Shown one piece after another: positions 1-10,272 of a stretch of DNA of 64,000 nucleotides. A program made the position numbers and the translations under genes. The notes beneath the pieces were generated by a model, which worked only from the letters and a program-made list of their open reading frames with translations, did not search any database and was not told the DNA's origin. The stretch is from an uncultured Candidatus Rokubacteria bacterium (GTDB lineage: Bacteria; Methylomirabilota; Methylomirabilia; Rokubacteriales; CSP1-6), in NCBI GenBank assembly GCA_963789955.1, contig CAWBMV010000034.1, positions 416,001 to 480,000 of the forward strand, read 5' to 3'. The stretch's first letter is position 1. Each line of letters begins with the position of its first letter.

Positions 1-2
1 CC

Positions 3-467
3 CGGCGCGGCGATATCGTGCGCGAGCACGATCAGATCAAGAAAGCGCTGGCCGCGGTCGGGATCACCGCGGAGATTCGTTATCAGACGGACTGGCGTGC
101 CTACGTCAAGCTCCTCGAGGAAGGCAAGCTGCCGGTCTTCCTCTACGCCTGGTATGCGGACGTCCCGGACCCCGATGACTTCCTCGCGAAGCTCTTCCAC
201 TCGCGAGGCCCACGGAACTTCTTCCGATACTCCAATCCGGTCGTCGACGATCTGCTGGCGACCGCTCGGAACACGATCGACGCCAACCAGCGGATCGATC
301 TGTATCGCAAGGCCGAGCAAGCGATCCTCGGCGACGCGCCGCTCATTCCGTTCTTCCACCACACGTACGAACGGCTGTTCCAGCCGTACGTGCGCAGCGT
401 CGAGGTGAACGGACTCGGCGACCCGTACATTCCGCTGCGGAAGATCTGGCTGGAGCGCGAACGTTGA
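3..467 (+). CDS. ABC transporter substrate-binding protein, family 5 (peptide/nickel type), C-terminal part; 5' end outside window
   Basis: Motifs 'WYADVPDPDDFL', 'NFFRYSNPVVDDLL' and 'RIDLYRKAEQAILGDAPLIP' are typical of the SBP_bac_5 C-terminus. Confidence 0.85.
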   Translation, partial: RRGDIVREHDQIKKALAAVGITAEIRYQTDWRAYVKLLEEGKLPVFLYAWYADVPDPDDFLAKLFHSRGPRNFFRYSNPVVDDLLATARNTIDANQRIDLYRKAEQAILGDAPLIPFFHHTYERLFQPYVRSVEVNGLGDPYIPLRKIWLERER

Positions 468-2357
468 GGCCACGCTCGCTCCGCGCGCAGCTGCTCCTCG
501 GCACGTTCCTGGTCAGCGCGCTCGTGATGACCGCGGTCATCGTGGTGGTCGACCACCGCCAGCGCGTGGCGATCGTCGAGGAGGTCCAACGCCGCGGCGA
601 CGCCCTCGCCCGGAACCTGGCCGCCATCTCCTACCCGTCGCTGGTTCTCTACGACTACACGGCGCTGGAGCAGAACGTCGACCAGGTGGCGACCGAAGCC
701 GACGTCGTGTACGCGATCGTGTTCGACGCCGACGGCATTGTGGCGGCGCACAGCCAGCATCCCGAGCGCGTCGGACAGCGCTCTCCAGGGCGTCGTGCCC
801 GAGCGGGCGGCTGATGCCGATGAGCCGCTGACCCAAGAGACGGTCAGCGGCGGCGTGGCCGTGTACGATTTCGCGATTCCGGTCTTCGTCGAGAGCCGCA
901 GGTGGGCCACCATCCGGCTCGGCCTGTCCAAACGGCGGATGGATGCCGAGATCCGTCGGACCCGACTGGAGCTCGGGGCGCTGACCCTGGTGACCTTGCT
1001 GCTCGGCGGCATGGCGGCGGCGCTGGTGGCGCGACGGATCGCGCGGCCGGTCCAGCGGCTCGCCGAGGGGGCCGCCGCCATCTCTCGCGGCGAGCTGAAT
1101 CAGCGGTTCGAGCCCTCGACTGCGGACGAGATCGGGCGTCTGGCTACCGCCTTCAACGACATGGCCGCGCAGCTTCTCCACCAGCGGACGGCGCTCGAGG
1201 AAGCTCACGGAGGGCTCCGGCGGCAGTTCGAGGAGCTGGCCGACCTCAAGAGCTACACCGACAACATCCTCGGGTCGCTCACGAGCGGCATCGTGACGAT
1301 CGACCTCGACGGCCGGGTGGTCACGCTCAACCCGGCGGCCGAGCTGCTCACGGGGTTCTTCCGCGGCGAGGCCTCCGGGCGGTACTGCACGGAGCTGTTC
1401 GCCCACACGCCCGACATCAGCGACCTCCTGACCGAGACCCTCGCGAGCCACGCGCCGATCACCAGCGTGCCGCTCACGCTCCGGCGCCGGAACGGCTCCG
1501 CGCTGCCGATCGAGTTCAGCACGGCGCCGCTCAAGGGCGGCGAGGGCAAGGACCTCGGTGCCATCGGCGTGTTCCGCGACGTGACGCTCGTGCGCCAGCT
1601 CGAGAGTGATCTGCGGCGGTCGGATCGGCTGGCGGCGCTGGGCACGCTCGCGGCCGGGCTCGCCCACGAGATCAAGAATCCATTGACCTCGCTCCTCACC
1701 TTCAGCCGGCATCTGGACCGGAAGGTCGACGACCCGAATTTTCGCGAGCGCTTCAGAAACGTCGTCCCGCGCGAGCTGGAGCGGATCAACGGGATCGTCG
1801 AGCGGCTCCTCGAGCTGGCGCGGCCGTCGCGGATGAGCTTTACCCTCACGAGGCTCCCGGAGCTTCTCGAGCGCGCGCTCGAGCTCCACGTCGAGCAGCT
1901 CGACGAGCAGCACGTCGAGGTCGCGCGCGAGTACGCGCGGGACGTGCCGTCGATCCAGGCGGACAAGGACGCGCTCTACCGTGTCTTCGTCAACCTGATC
2001 GCCAACGCGCTCGACGCGATGCCGCGCGGCGGCCGGCTGACGGTACGGGCCGGCTGGGCCGGCACGCGCGATCCGGTGCGCGCCGCCCGTCGGCAGGCCG
2101 CGAACCGGGTGAAGATCGAGATCGAGGACACCGGCGTCGGGATCCAGCCGTCGGATACCGACCGCGTCTTCAATCCCTTCTACACCACGCGCGACAGCGG
2201 AACGGGCCTCGGCCTTGCCCTCGCGCACAAGATCATCGAGGACCACGGTGGGGTGATCAGCTTCGAGAGCGTTCCCGGCCGCGGGACGACGTTCAAGATC
2301 GTCTTGTCGTTGATCCCGGATCCGCCGAGCCTGCTCGGCGACGAGGCGTCGCGATGA
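464..2357 (+). CDS. Membrane sensor histidine kinase (TM-periplasmic-TM-HAMP-PAS-HisKA-HATPase); frameshift near 780
   Basis: ORFs 464..814 and 738..2357 join. H-box 'LAHEIKNPL', N-box 'NLIANALDAM', G-boxes 'DTGVGI' and 'GTGLGL'. TTG start overlaps the upstream TGA. Confidence 0.9.
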
Positions 2358-3502
2358 GCGAGGGCGGCGCGGTGTCCGCCCGCGATCCGTCCGCCCGGCT
2401 CGAGGAAGCGCTCGCCGACAACGCGAACCTGCGCCGGCACGCGAGCAGCGTCGCCCACGACTTCAACAACCTGCTCGCGGTCATCACCGGCTACACCGAG
2501 ATGATGCTCAAGCGTCTGCGCGCCGACGATCCCTTGCGGCGAAACGCGGAGGCGATCAAGCGGGCGACCGAGTGGGGGTCGGCGCTGGCGCAGCAGATCC
2601 TCTCGGGGAGTCGCCGCGCGGCCCCCGCGCCGGTGCCGGTCGATCTCAACCAGCTGGTGGGCAACGTGACCCGCGTGCTCCAGCCGCTGCTCGGCGAGGC
2701 CATCGAGCTGGTGACGCGGCTCAGCCCGAGCCTGGCGCGGGTGAGCGCGAACCCGCACCGGATCGGCCAGGTGATCATGAATCTCGTGGTGAACGCGCGC
2801 GACGCCATGCCGAGCGGCGGCCGCCTCACCATCGAGACCAGCAACGTCGGCCAGACCGTGATGCTGGCGGTGGGTGACACCGGATCCGGAATGGACGACG
2901 AGACGCGCGCGCGTCTGTTCGAGCCGTATTTCACGACCAAGGAGCCCGGACGGGGTAGCGGGCTCGGGCTCGCGACCGTCTACGACGTCGTCACGCAGTG
3001 CGGCGGCCAGATCAGCGTGACGAGCGATGCGGGCGCCGGGTCGACGTTCAAGATCTATCTGCCGCGGGTCTCCGAGACGACAGCTCCCGCCGAGACACCG
3101 GCCGCGCCGGCCATGCCGGCCGCGCCGGTGCCCGAAGTCCGGACCGTGCTCGTGGTCGAGAACGAGCGCGAGGTGCGCGACCTGATCCGCGAGATTCTCC
3201 AGCTCCAGAACTACGTGGTGCTCGAAGCGGGCGATCGCGACGAGGCACTCGCGTTCAGTGAGCAGCACGCCGGCCGGATCGACCTGATGGTGGTCGACGT
3301 CGGGATTCCGCCGTCGTTCGCCGACGAATGGGTTGTACGCGTCAGGGCCTCTCGTCCGGAGATCAAGGTTCTCTACGTCTCGGGCTATCTGAGCGAAACC
3401 GCGTCGGTCGACGCGCCCAAGCTCGGTCCGCTGCTCCAGAAGCCGTTCACGGTGGGAGCGTTCACGAAAGCGATAGGCTTGGTGCTAGGCCGCCCGAAGT
3501 AG
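2354..3502 (+). CDS. Soluble hybrid histidine kinase/response regulator (HisKA-HATPase-REC) with no input domain
   Basis: 'VAHDFNNLL', 'NLVVNARDAMP', 'FTTKEPGRGSGLGL' and a C-terminal receiver ('VLVVENE...MVVDVG...LQKPF'). Confidence 0.9.
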   Translation: MSEGGAVSARDPSARLEEALADNANLRRHASSVAHDFNNLLAVITGYTEMMLKRLRADDPLRRNAEAIKRATEWGSALAQQILSGSRRAAPAPVPVDLNQLVGNVTRVLQPLLGEAIELVTRLSPSLARVSANPHRIGQVIMNLVVNARDAMPSGGRLTIETSNVGQTVMLAVGDTGSGMDDETRARLFEPYFTTKEPGRGSGLGLATVYDVVTQCGGQISVTSDAGAGSTFKIYLPRVSETTAPAETPAAPAMPAAPVPEVRTVLVVENEREVRDLIREILQLQNYVVLEAGDRDEALAFSEQHAGRIDLMVVDVGIPPSFADEWVVRVRASRPEIKVLYVSGYLSETASVDAPKLGPLLQKPFTVGAFTKAIGLVLGRPK

Positions 3503-3515
3503 TAAGAAGTACTGG

Positions 3516-3768
3516 ATGGAATATCTGATCGTGCGGTTTCCCGGGACGCGGGAGGTCCGAGTCGATGGCGTTCCGCACGGCCGGACCAACATCGTCATGC
3601 AGTTCGAGAGCCGGGATCCACGTCGTGACGCTCGGGCCTCCCTGGAACTTCGCGCCGCTCGAACAGAAGGTCCTCCTGTACAACACCGCGGCGCTCGATC
3701 CCTACCGGATCGAGTTTCGTATCCTGCCGCCTGCCTCGATCCCGATCTCGCCTGGAAGCCCCCCGTGA
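3516..3768 (+). CDS. Small (~83 aa) PEGA-like beta protein; frameshift near 3610
   Basis: 'REVRVDGVPHGRTN' continues in another frame as 'AGIHVVTLGPP...'. Its stop overlaps the patatin GTG (GTGA at 3765-3768). Confidence 0.55.
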
Positions 3769-5210
3769 CGAGCCGGGCGCGGCTCGGTGCCCTTGTCCTT
3801 CTGTCGATCGTCGCCGTCGGCTGCGCCCACTACCCGCTCAATGCGCCGCTTCCGCCGACCGGCGACACCGGGGCGGGCTACCGGTTCCCGGCCATGGTCG
3901 TCGACAAGCCGGATCCGGCCGACGAGATCTTCGTGTGTCTCTCGTTCTCGGGCGGAGGCACTCGCGCCGCGGCCTTCGCGTACGGGGCGCTCCTGCGGCT
4001 GAAGGACATCGAGATCGGGCGAGCCGGGAGCCGCCGAAGCCTCCTGGACGAAGTCGACTGCGTCGCCGGGATCTCCGGCGGGGCGTTCACGGCGGCGTAC
4101 TACGGCCTGAATGGCCCCGACACCTTCAAGAGCTTCTACGATCGATTCCTGGTGCGGGACATCCAGCGGGAGCTGGTCCTGAGCACCTTGAATCCGGTCA
4201 ACCTCGCGCGCCTCGCCTCGCCGTACTTCAGCCGCATCGACCTCGCGGCCGAGCTCTACGACACCTCGGTGTTCGAGGGCGCGACGTATGCCGCGCTGAT
4301 GACGCGCCGGCGGCCGTTCATCATGCTGCACGCGACCAGTATGGCGAACGGGGCGCCGTTCGAGTTCACGCAGGACGAGTTCGATTTCCTCGGGTCCGAC
4401 CTCGGGGCGTTCCACGTCGGTCGCGCCGCGGCCGCGTCGTCGGCGTTCCCGTTCCTGCTCAGCCCGGTGAGCCTCAAGAGCTATCCGCCCGCTGCCGGCT
4501 TCGGCATCCCGCCCGCCGTCAGCGCCGCGCTCGAGACGCGGGAGATGAATCCGTCCCGCTATGCCTGGGCGCGCCAGCGCCTCGATCTCATGGCGGGCCA
4601 GGAAGAGAAGTGGCTCCATCTGCTCGACGGCGGTCTCGCGGACAACATCGGCCTGCGCTCGATTCTGAGAGCCTACGATCGGTCCGACGGCTTCATCGCT
4701 CAGCGCATCAACGCGGGGCACATCAAGCGACTGATCGTCATCGCGGTGAACGCGCGCACCGATCCGCCCGAGCAGCTCAGCCGGCAGGAGCGATCGCCCG
4801 GACTCACCGACGTGTTCATGAAGACCGCGACCGTGAGCATGGAGAGCCTGAGCGCCGACACGATCGACTACGCGATCAACCGGCAGAGCGAGCGCGAGCA
4901 GGCGCAGACGAACGTGCGCCTCTGCAACCAGCGGCTGACCGACTGCGGCGCCGAGCCTTTCCCGACCTTCGCCCAGGAGATCCGCACCTGCTTCGTGGAG
5001 ATCTCGTTCGAAGGTCTGCCGTCACCGGCGCGCGAGAAGTTTCTGGCGCTGCCGACGACGTTCGCGCTTCCCGAGGAGACGGTGAAGCGACTGATCGCCG
5101 TGGCGGGAACGCTTCTCGATTCGTCGCCGAGCTTTCAGAAGCTGCTGCGGGCGCTGCGGGGCGAGGCCTCGCCGGGCGCCGGGGTGGGGGAGCGCGGCAA
5201 TTGCTCGTGA
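3765..5210 (+). CDS. Patatin-like phospholipase, predicted lipoprotein
   Basis: Signal peptide with lipobox 'VAVGC', 'SGGGTRAA', nucleophile 'GISGG' and 'LDGG' motif. Confidence 0.9.
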   Translation: MTSRARLGALVLLSIVAVGCAHYPLNAPLPPTGDTGAGYRFPAMVVDKPDPADEIFVCLSFSGGGTRAAAFAYGALLRLKDIEIGRAGSRRSLLDEVDCVAGISGGAFTAAYYGLNGPDTFKSFYDRFLVRDIQRELVLSTLNPVNLARLASPYFSRIDLAAELYDTSVFEGATYAALMTRRRPFIMLHATSMANGAPFEFTQDEFDFLGSDLGAFHVGRAAAASSAFPFLLSPVSLKSYPPAAGFGIPPAVSAALETREMNPSRYAWARQRLDLMAGQEEKWLHLLDGGLADNIGLRSILRAYDRSDGFIAQRINAGHIKRLIVIAVNARTDPPEQLSRQERSPGLTDVFMKTATVSMESLSADTIDYAINRQSEREQAQTNVRLCNQRLTDCGAEPFPTFAQEIRTCFVEISFEGLPSPAREKFLALPTTFALPEETVKRLIAVAGTLLDSSPSFQKLLRALRGEASPGAGVGERGNCS

Positions 5211-5215
5211 GCGTG

Positions 5216-6277
5216 TCAGCGGAAGCGGGGGATGACCTCGCGGGCGAAGAGCTCCATCGAGCGGCGAACGCGATCCTGAGGTAAGCCGCCGAAGTTCATC
5301 CAGCAGAGCATCTCGCCGACGCCGAGCCGCCGGAATTCCTCGACCCGCGCGGCCACCGTGTCGGGGGATCCGAAGGCGACGCTCTCCGCCACGAGCTGTT
5401 CGTACGACACGTGCGCGAATCGTTCCTCGAGCGCCCGGAACCCCGGCTGGAGCAGCGGGTGCACCCGATCGATCCGCTCGGGAATGAGGAATCGCCGCAG
5501 CGACTCCTGGTACCACATCTCCGCGTCCTTCGCCTCGGCGAGCGCCTGGGCATCGGTCGGCGCCACGTAGACGTGTCGCGAAACGCCCCAGCGGCCCAGC
5601 AGGCTCGCGATCTCGTCGGCGCTTCGGCCCCCCTTCTCGCACGCCTTGACGTACGTGTCGCGACTTTTGGCGAGCTGCTCGGGTCCGCCGCGCAAGAGTG
5701 AGTTCAGCATCGGCGCGCCGCGGAGCGCGGTGGCCTCGATGGTGTCGGGGCTCGTGCACACGACGTACACCGGCGGGTGCGGCCGCTGGAGCGGCTTGGG
5801 AATCACCCGGACCTCGGGGATCTTGAAGTGGCGTCCCTCGAACGCGAAGCGCTCCAGGGTCCACGCCTTGAGCATGATCGCGAGACATTCCTCGAAGCGC
5901 TCGCGGTTCTCGATCTGGGGCACACGGTAGCCCTCGAACTCGACGGGGCGATTCCCGCGACCGACCCCGACGTCGAGGCGTCCTTCGCTCAGGATGTCCA
6001 CGATCGCGAGCTCCTCGGCGAGCCGAATCGGATCGTGGAACGGAAGGATCGCGGCCGCCAGGCCGATACGCACCCGCCGCGTCCGCGTCGCGGCGGCCGC
6101 CGCCAGGACGGCCGGCGAGACGGACAGGCCGTAGTCGATGAAGTGATGCTCCGTCAGCCAGATGCTGTCGAAGCCGAGCTCCTCCGTCCACACCATCTGC
6201 TCGATCTCGCGACGGATGACGTCGGGATGACCGACTGAGGGCGGAGCTTGCAGGAAGTAGTAGGTTCCGAAGCGCAT
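5216..6277 (-). CDS. LLM-class (luciferase-like) flavin-dependent oxidoreductase
   Basis: 'GFDSIWLTEHHF', 'LAEELAIVDILSEGRLDVGVGRG' and 'PKPLQRPHPP'. Confidence 0.92.
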   Translation of the reverse strand: MRFGTYYFLQAPPSVGHPDVIRREIEQMVWTEELGFDSIWLTEHHFIDYGLSVSPAVLAAAAATRTRRVRIGLAAAILPFHDPIRLAEELAIVDILSEGRLDVGVGRGNRPVEFEGYRVPQIENRERFEECLAIMLKAWTLERFAFEGRHFKIPEVRVIPKPLQRPHPPVYVVCTSPDTIEATALRGAPMLNSLLRGGPEQLAKSRDTYVKACEKGGRSADEIASLLGRWGVSRHVYVAPTDAQALAEAKDAEMWYQESLRRFLIPERIDRVHPLLQPGFRALEERFAHVSYEQLVAESVAFGSPDTVAARVEEFRRLGVGEMLCWMNFGGLPQDRVRRSMELFAREVIPRFR

Positions 6278-6299
6278 CGGACGCTCGACTCTACCTCAT

Positions 6300-7040
6300 C
6301 TAGCTATGGAGATCGACCAGGAGCGCGGCGTGATCGCTGAGCTGCCGCGCCGGGCGCCCCGCCCGCCGACCCCAGTCGTAGCGCACGTCGCGCAGACGAG
6401 GTCGCAGTTGAGGATTCACGAACGCTTGATCGAGCCGGAAGCCGTTGCCGCCGTTGGGCGAGTACCAGGTGTAGGCGCGTTCCGGCCCTCGGAGGAGGCG
6501 AAACGCGTCGTGCCAGCCCGATTGCTCGAGCCCCGACAGCCACGCGTCCTCGCGCCGTCCGAAGACCGGTGTCTCTTCGTCGATGCCCGGGCGGCCGGAA
6601 TTCGTGTCACCGAGTAGCATGGTGGGCCCGCGCCGCCATAGGCCGAGCACCGCGAGCACGGCGGCGTAGAAGAGATCCTTCCGCCCGGTCACTCGATTCG
6701 GGACGTGCATCGCGCCCAGGGTCAACGGCTCGGGCGCGTCGATCGAGGCGAGCAGCAGCAGACGACCGGGATCGCCCGGCCCGACTCGGAGCCGCAGGCG
6801 GCGCATCGGGAACCGTGTCGCGATGAATAGGCGATTGGCGTTCGGCTGCGACGGCTCCGCGGTCGTGCACTGGTAGGCGAGGCCGAGCGCAGCGAGCGCG
6901 CGCGCCAGCTCGACGCTGGGGGGAGTCGCTCGGAACTCGCAGAGGGCCACGGCATCCGGAGCCCAGCGCTGGAGCTGGGCGGCGATCCGGACGGCGCGCA
7001 TGCCGCCGCCGGCGCGGATGTTCCAGAAGACGATTCGCAT
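6300..7040 (-). CDS. Endonuclease/exonuclease/phosphatase (EEP, ExoIII-like) family protein
   Basis: 'WNI', 'ALCE', 'GDTN', 'YTWYS...GFRLDQAF' and terminal 'SDHA'. Confidence 0.85.
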   Translation of the reverse strand: MRIVFWNIRAGGGMRAVRIAAQLQRWAPDAVALCEFRATPPSVELARALAALGLAYQCTTAEPSQPNANRLFIATRFPMRRLRLRVGPGDPGRLLLLASIDAPEPLTLGAMHVPNRVTGRKDLFYAAVLAVLGLWRRGPTMLLGDTNSGRPGIDEETPVFGRREDAWLSGLEQSGWHDAFRLLRGPERAYTWYSPNGGNGFRLDQAFVNPQLRPRLRDVRYDWGRRAGRPARQLSDHAALLVDLHS

Positions 7041-7049
7041 CCGCCCGTC

Positions 7050-7535
7050 CTATCGCTTGCTAAGCGCGGTCTCCAGGAGCTCGAGGGCGCGCTTCGCGAA
7101 GGCCCACATGTTCTTCTCGCGGTCGTCGTGGCCCGTCTCGAGGGTGATCACGCGTTCGACGGGACCGGCGACTGCGATACAGGCGTGGCCCGCGGCGTCG
7201 CCGTAGCGATTGCCCGTCGGGCCGGTGGCCCCGGTTTCGGCAAGTCCCCATGTCGTGCCGAGCAGCTCGCGAATCGTCCGGGCTTTGAGCACCGCGTAGG
7301 GCTCGCTGCTGGAACGGATACCTTTGACCGACTCGTCTGGAAGCCGCAGCAGCGCGCGTCGCGCGGCCTGCGTGTAGATGACGCCGCCACCCAGGAAATA
7401 GGCCGAGGCGCCGGGCACGGAGAGGAGCGCCGCGGAGATCAGGCCGCCGGCGGAGGACTCCGCGACGGCGATCGTTTCTTTGCGATCCTTCAGGATCGTT
7501 GCGAGCGATCTGGCGAGCGCATCGAGCTCGTTCAT
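7050..7535 (-). CDS. CinA C-terminal / PncC-like protein
   Basis: 'AVAESSAGGLISAAL..VPGASAYFLGG' and 'ETGATGPTG'. Confidence 0.88.
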   Translation of the reverse strand: MNELDALARSLATILKDRKETIAVAESSAGGLISAALLSVPGASAYFLGGGVIYTQAARRALLRLPDESVKGIRSSSEPYAVLKARTIRELLGTTWGLAETGATGPTGNRYGDAAGHACIAVAGPVERVITLETGHDDREKNMWAFAKRALELLETALSKR

Positions 7536-7544
7536 AGGGCTGCG

Positions 7545-7573
7545 ACGTTAGGGGCGCGCCCGCAGCTTGTCAA
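7545..7573 (-). promoter_or_regulatory. Sigma70-type promoter of the cinA-EEP-LLM unit
   Basis: TTGACA (7573-7568), 17 nt, TAACGT (7550-7545); the ATG is 9 nt downstream. Confidence 0.6.
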
Positions 7574-7594
7574 GTCGACCCGGTGCGACCGGAC

Positions 7595-8602
7595 CTAGGA
7601 GAGTCGACGCTCGGGCGCCGTCAGCTCACACTCGGCGATCTTGTTGAGCAGGGTCTTGTAGCTGACTTTGAGAATGCGCGACGCCTCGGCGCGATTCCAG
7701 CGCACGCGCGCCAGCACCTCCGAGAGGGCGTGGCGCTCGGCCTCACGGGCGCCGCGCCGGGCGATCTCGCGCAGGCTCTCGGTGACCGACGCCGCGGGCT
7801 GCGAAGGCACGGCGCGCAACGGGTTGACGCGCGACGCCTGCGCCGCGAAGTCCCGCTCGCCGTCGGCCAGCACGACCATGCGCCGGATGATGTTCTCCAG
7901 CTCCCGGATGTTCCCCGACCACGGGTGCTCCGAGAGGCGGGTCAGCGTCTCGGGCGCGAGGGTCTTGTGCCGTCCGTACTGCGCGTTGAACTTGGCGAGA
8001 AACCATGTGACCAGCGCCGGGATTTCTTCCCGCCGCTCCCGCAGGGGCGGCACCTGGATCTCGACCACGTTGAGGCGGTAGTAGAGATCTTCGCGGAACT
8101 CGCCGCGCGCCATCGCTTCCTCGAGGCGCCGGTTGGTGGCGGCGATGACCCGCGCGTCGACGTCGATGGGGGCGTGCCCGCCGACCCGCGAGAACCGGAA
8201 GTCCTGCAGCACGTGGAGGAGCTTGGCCTGCAGGGCGAGCGGCAGCTCGCCGATCTCATCGAGGTAGATCGTGCCCTGGTTCGCGTATTCGAACTGTCCG
8301 GGCTTGCGGCGATGGGCGCCGGTGAAGGCGCCCTTCTCGTGACCGAAGAGCTCGGACTCGAGGAGCTCCTGAGGGATCGCCGCGCAGTTGACCTTGACGA
8401 ACGGCCCCTCACGGCGAGCCGACGCCGCATGGACCGCTCTGGCGATGAGGTCCTTGCCGACCCCGCTCTCGCCACGGATCAACACCGTGGTGTCGGTGTC
8501 GGCGATGCTCTCGACGATGGAGCGGATGGCGCGCATCCGGGGATGACCGTCGAAGAGCGGGGGCTCGGACATCGGTACGGGCTCGGCCAGTTCAGTTCGC
8601 AC
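7595..8602 (-). CDS. Sigma54-dependent enhancer-binding protein (AAA+ plus Fis HTH) without an N-terminal regulatory domain
   Basis: Walker A 'GESGVGKD', 'ESELFGHEKGAFTGA', 'FREDLYYRLNV', 'WSGNIRELEN' and a C-terminal HTH. GGAGG SD precedes the GTG. Confidence 0.92.
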   Translation of the reverse strand: MRTELAEPVPMSEPPLFDGHPRMRAIRSIVESIADTDTTVLIRGESGVGKDLIARAVHAASARREGPFVKVNCAAIPQELLESELFGHEKGAFTGAHRRKPGQFEYANQGTIYLDEIGELPLALQAKLLHVLQDFRFSRVGGHAPIDVDARVIAATNRRLEEAMARGEFREDLYYRLNVVEIQVPPLRERREEIPALVTWFLAKFNAQYGRHKTLAPETLTRLSEHPWSGNIRELENIIRRMVVLADGERDFAAQASRVNPLRAVPSQPAASVTESLREIARRGAREAERHALSEVLARVRWNRAEASRILKVSYKTLLNKIAECELTAPERRLS

Positions 8603-8838
8603 TCTATTTCCCCTCCCGGATGGAGTATCAGCCGGCGGAAACGGTATGCAAGGAAAGTGCTAGCCTCGGCATACGAGAATCCAGGTACTTACGGACCTTC
8701 CGAGGGCGCCAAAAGTTGGCCAGTGGTAAGAAACTGATTGATCAACTGGCTTGATCCTTACCGCTGATGGTAGTGAGGGGGTGTGACACCCCCCGTACAG
8801 GGCGGTTAAGACTCGGCGACGGCGCCCGGGTGCGGCGC

Positions 8839-10272
8839 CTACGCGCGCGGCAAAAGTACCGTGAAGCGGCTGCCCTTTCCCTCTCGTGACTCGACGGTCA
8901 CGCGGCCCCCGTGAGCTTCCGCGATACCTCGCACGATGGCCAGACCGAGACCCGTGCCGCCGCGTTCGCGATGCGCCTGACGATAGGCGTCGAAGATGTG
9001 GGGCAACGCGTCGGCCGGGATGCCGACACCCGTGTCCTCGACCTGCAGCTCGAACTCCGGCCCCGCGTCGATCACGCGCGCGACGACGCGGCCGCCGGGC
9101 TGGGTGAAGCGGATCGCGTTGGCGCCCAGGTTCACGAGAACCTGGTGGAGGCGCTCGAGATCGCCGCAGTACGAGAAATCCGAGCCGATCCGCTCGCACT
9201 CGAGCGTGACGGTTGCCTCCGACGCCAGCGGATGAAGCTCCTCGACGGCCCGATCGACCAGCTCCGCGAGGTCGAGCGAGCTCCGCTCGAGATCCAGGAG
9301 CCCGGCCTGCAGGCGCGACATCTCGAGGATCTGGTTCACGAGCCGCAGCAGGCGCCCGGAGCTGACCGTGACGATGTCGGTGAGCCGCTTCTGCCTGTCG
9401 TTGAGCGGCCCGGGAACGCCCTCGCGAAGCAGCTCGGCGGCGCCGCGGATCGACGTGAGGGGCGAGCGGAGCTCGTGCGAGACGGTCGCGAAGAAATCCC
9501 GTCGCGTTTCCTCGACCCGGCGCAGCTGACCGACCATCGAGTTGAACGACCGCGCGAGAGAGCCGATTTCGTCGCGGCTCTTGATCGCGATCGGCTCACG
9601 GAACTTGCCGGACGCCACCGCCGCCGCCGCGCCGGACAGCACGTTGAGCGATCGCGTCATCCGGTGGGCCTGGAATGCGGCGCCGATCAGCGCCAGGCCG
9701 ACGGCGGCGCCGAGCGCGCAGAACACCGAGGTCCACATGCGGCTCTCGACCCGGGCGGCGTCGGCCTCGACCGCGAGCACGCGCGTGTGAGTCGCCGACA
9801 TCAGCGCGCCGAGTCGTTCCTCGACCCGTTCGGCCAGCACCCGCGCCTCGATGTCGGTCAGACGTACCGCGCCCCGGTGGTCACCCATCTGAACGAGGGC
9901 GCGCTCCTGGGCCACGACGCGACGATAGCCGTCGAAGGCGGCGCTCGCCTCGCGCAGGTACAGTCTCTCGGCGCCGCTCTGCGCGTATTCGCCGAGGCGC
10001 TCGAGATCGTCGGCGACCTGTGCCGCCCGCTCGGTCCATGCCGTCGTGTAGTGCGGATCGCCGATCGCGACCGCGCGCGCCTCGAGGCGCATGAGCGGCT
10101 CGATCGCCTCGCGGGCGGCCGCGGTGAGGCGCAGCGCTGGAACCGTACGCGTCACGATGTCCCGGTTGGCCGAAACGAGCCGATCGATCGCGCGCAGGCT
10201 CAGGGCCGCTACGCCTGCGAGCACGACGATGACGAGTGCCGAGGTCAAAAAGATTTTCGACGCCAGCCGCAT
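8839..10272 (-). CDS. HAMP-domain sensor histidine kinase (four-helix periplasmic sensor)
   Basis: Two TM segments, HAMP, 'VSHELRSPL', 'NLGANAIRFT' and 'GTGLGL'. Confidence 0.92.
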   Translation of the reverse strand: MRLASKIFLTSALVIVVLAGVAALSLRAIDRLVSANRDIVTRTVPALRLTAAAREAIEPLMRLEARAVAIGDPHYTTAWTERAAQVADDLERLGEYAQSGAERLYLREASAAFDGYRRVVAQERALVQMGDHRGAVRLTDIEARVLAERVEERLGALMSATHTRVLAVEADAARVESRMWTSVFCALGAAVGLALIGAAFQAHRMTRSLNVLSGAAAAVASGKFREPIAIKSRDEIGSLARSFNSMVGQLRRVEETRRDFFATVSHELRSPLTSIRGAAELLREGVPGPLNDRQKRLTDIVTVSSGRLLRLVNQILEMSRLQAGLLDLERSSLDLAELVDRAVEELHPLASEATVTLECERIGSDFSYCGDLERLHQVLVNLGANAIRFTQPGGRVVARVIDAGPEFELQVEDTGVGIPADALPHIFDAYRQAHRERGGTGLGLAIVRGIAEAHGGRVTVESREGKGSRFTVLLPRA

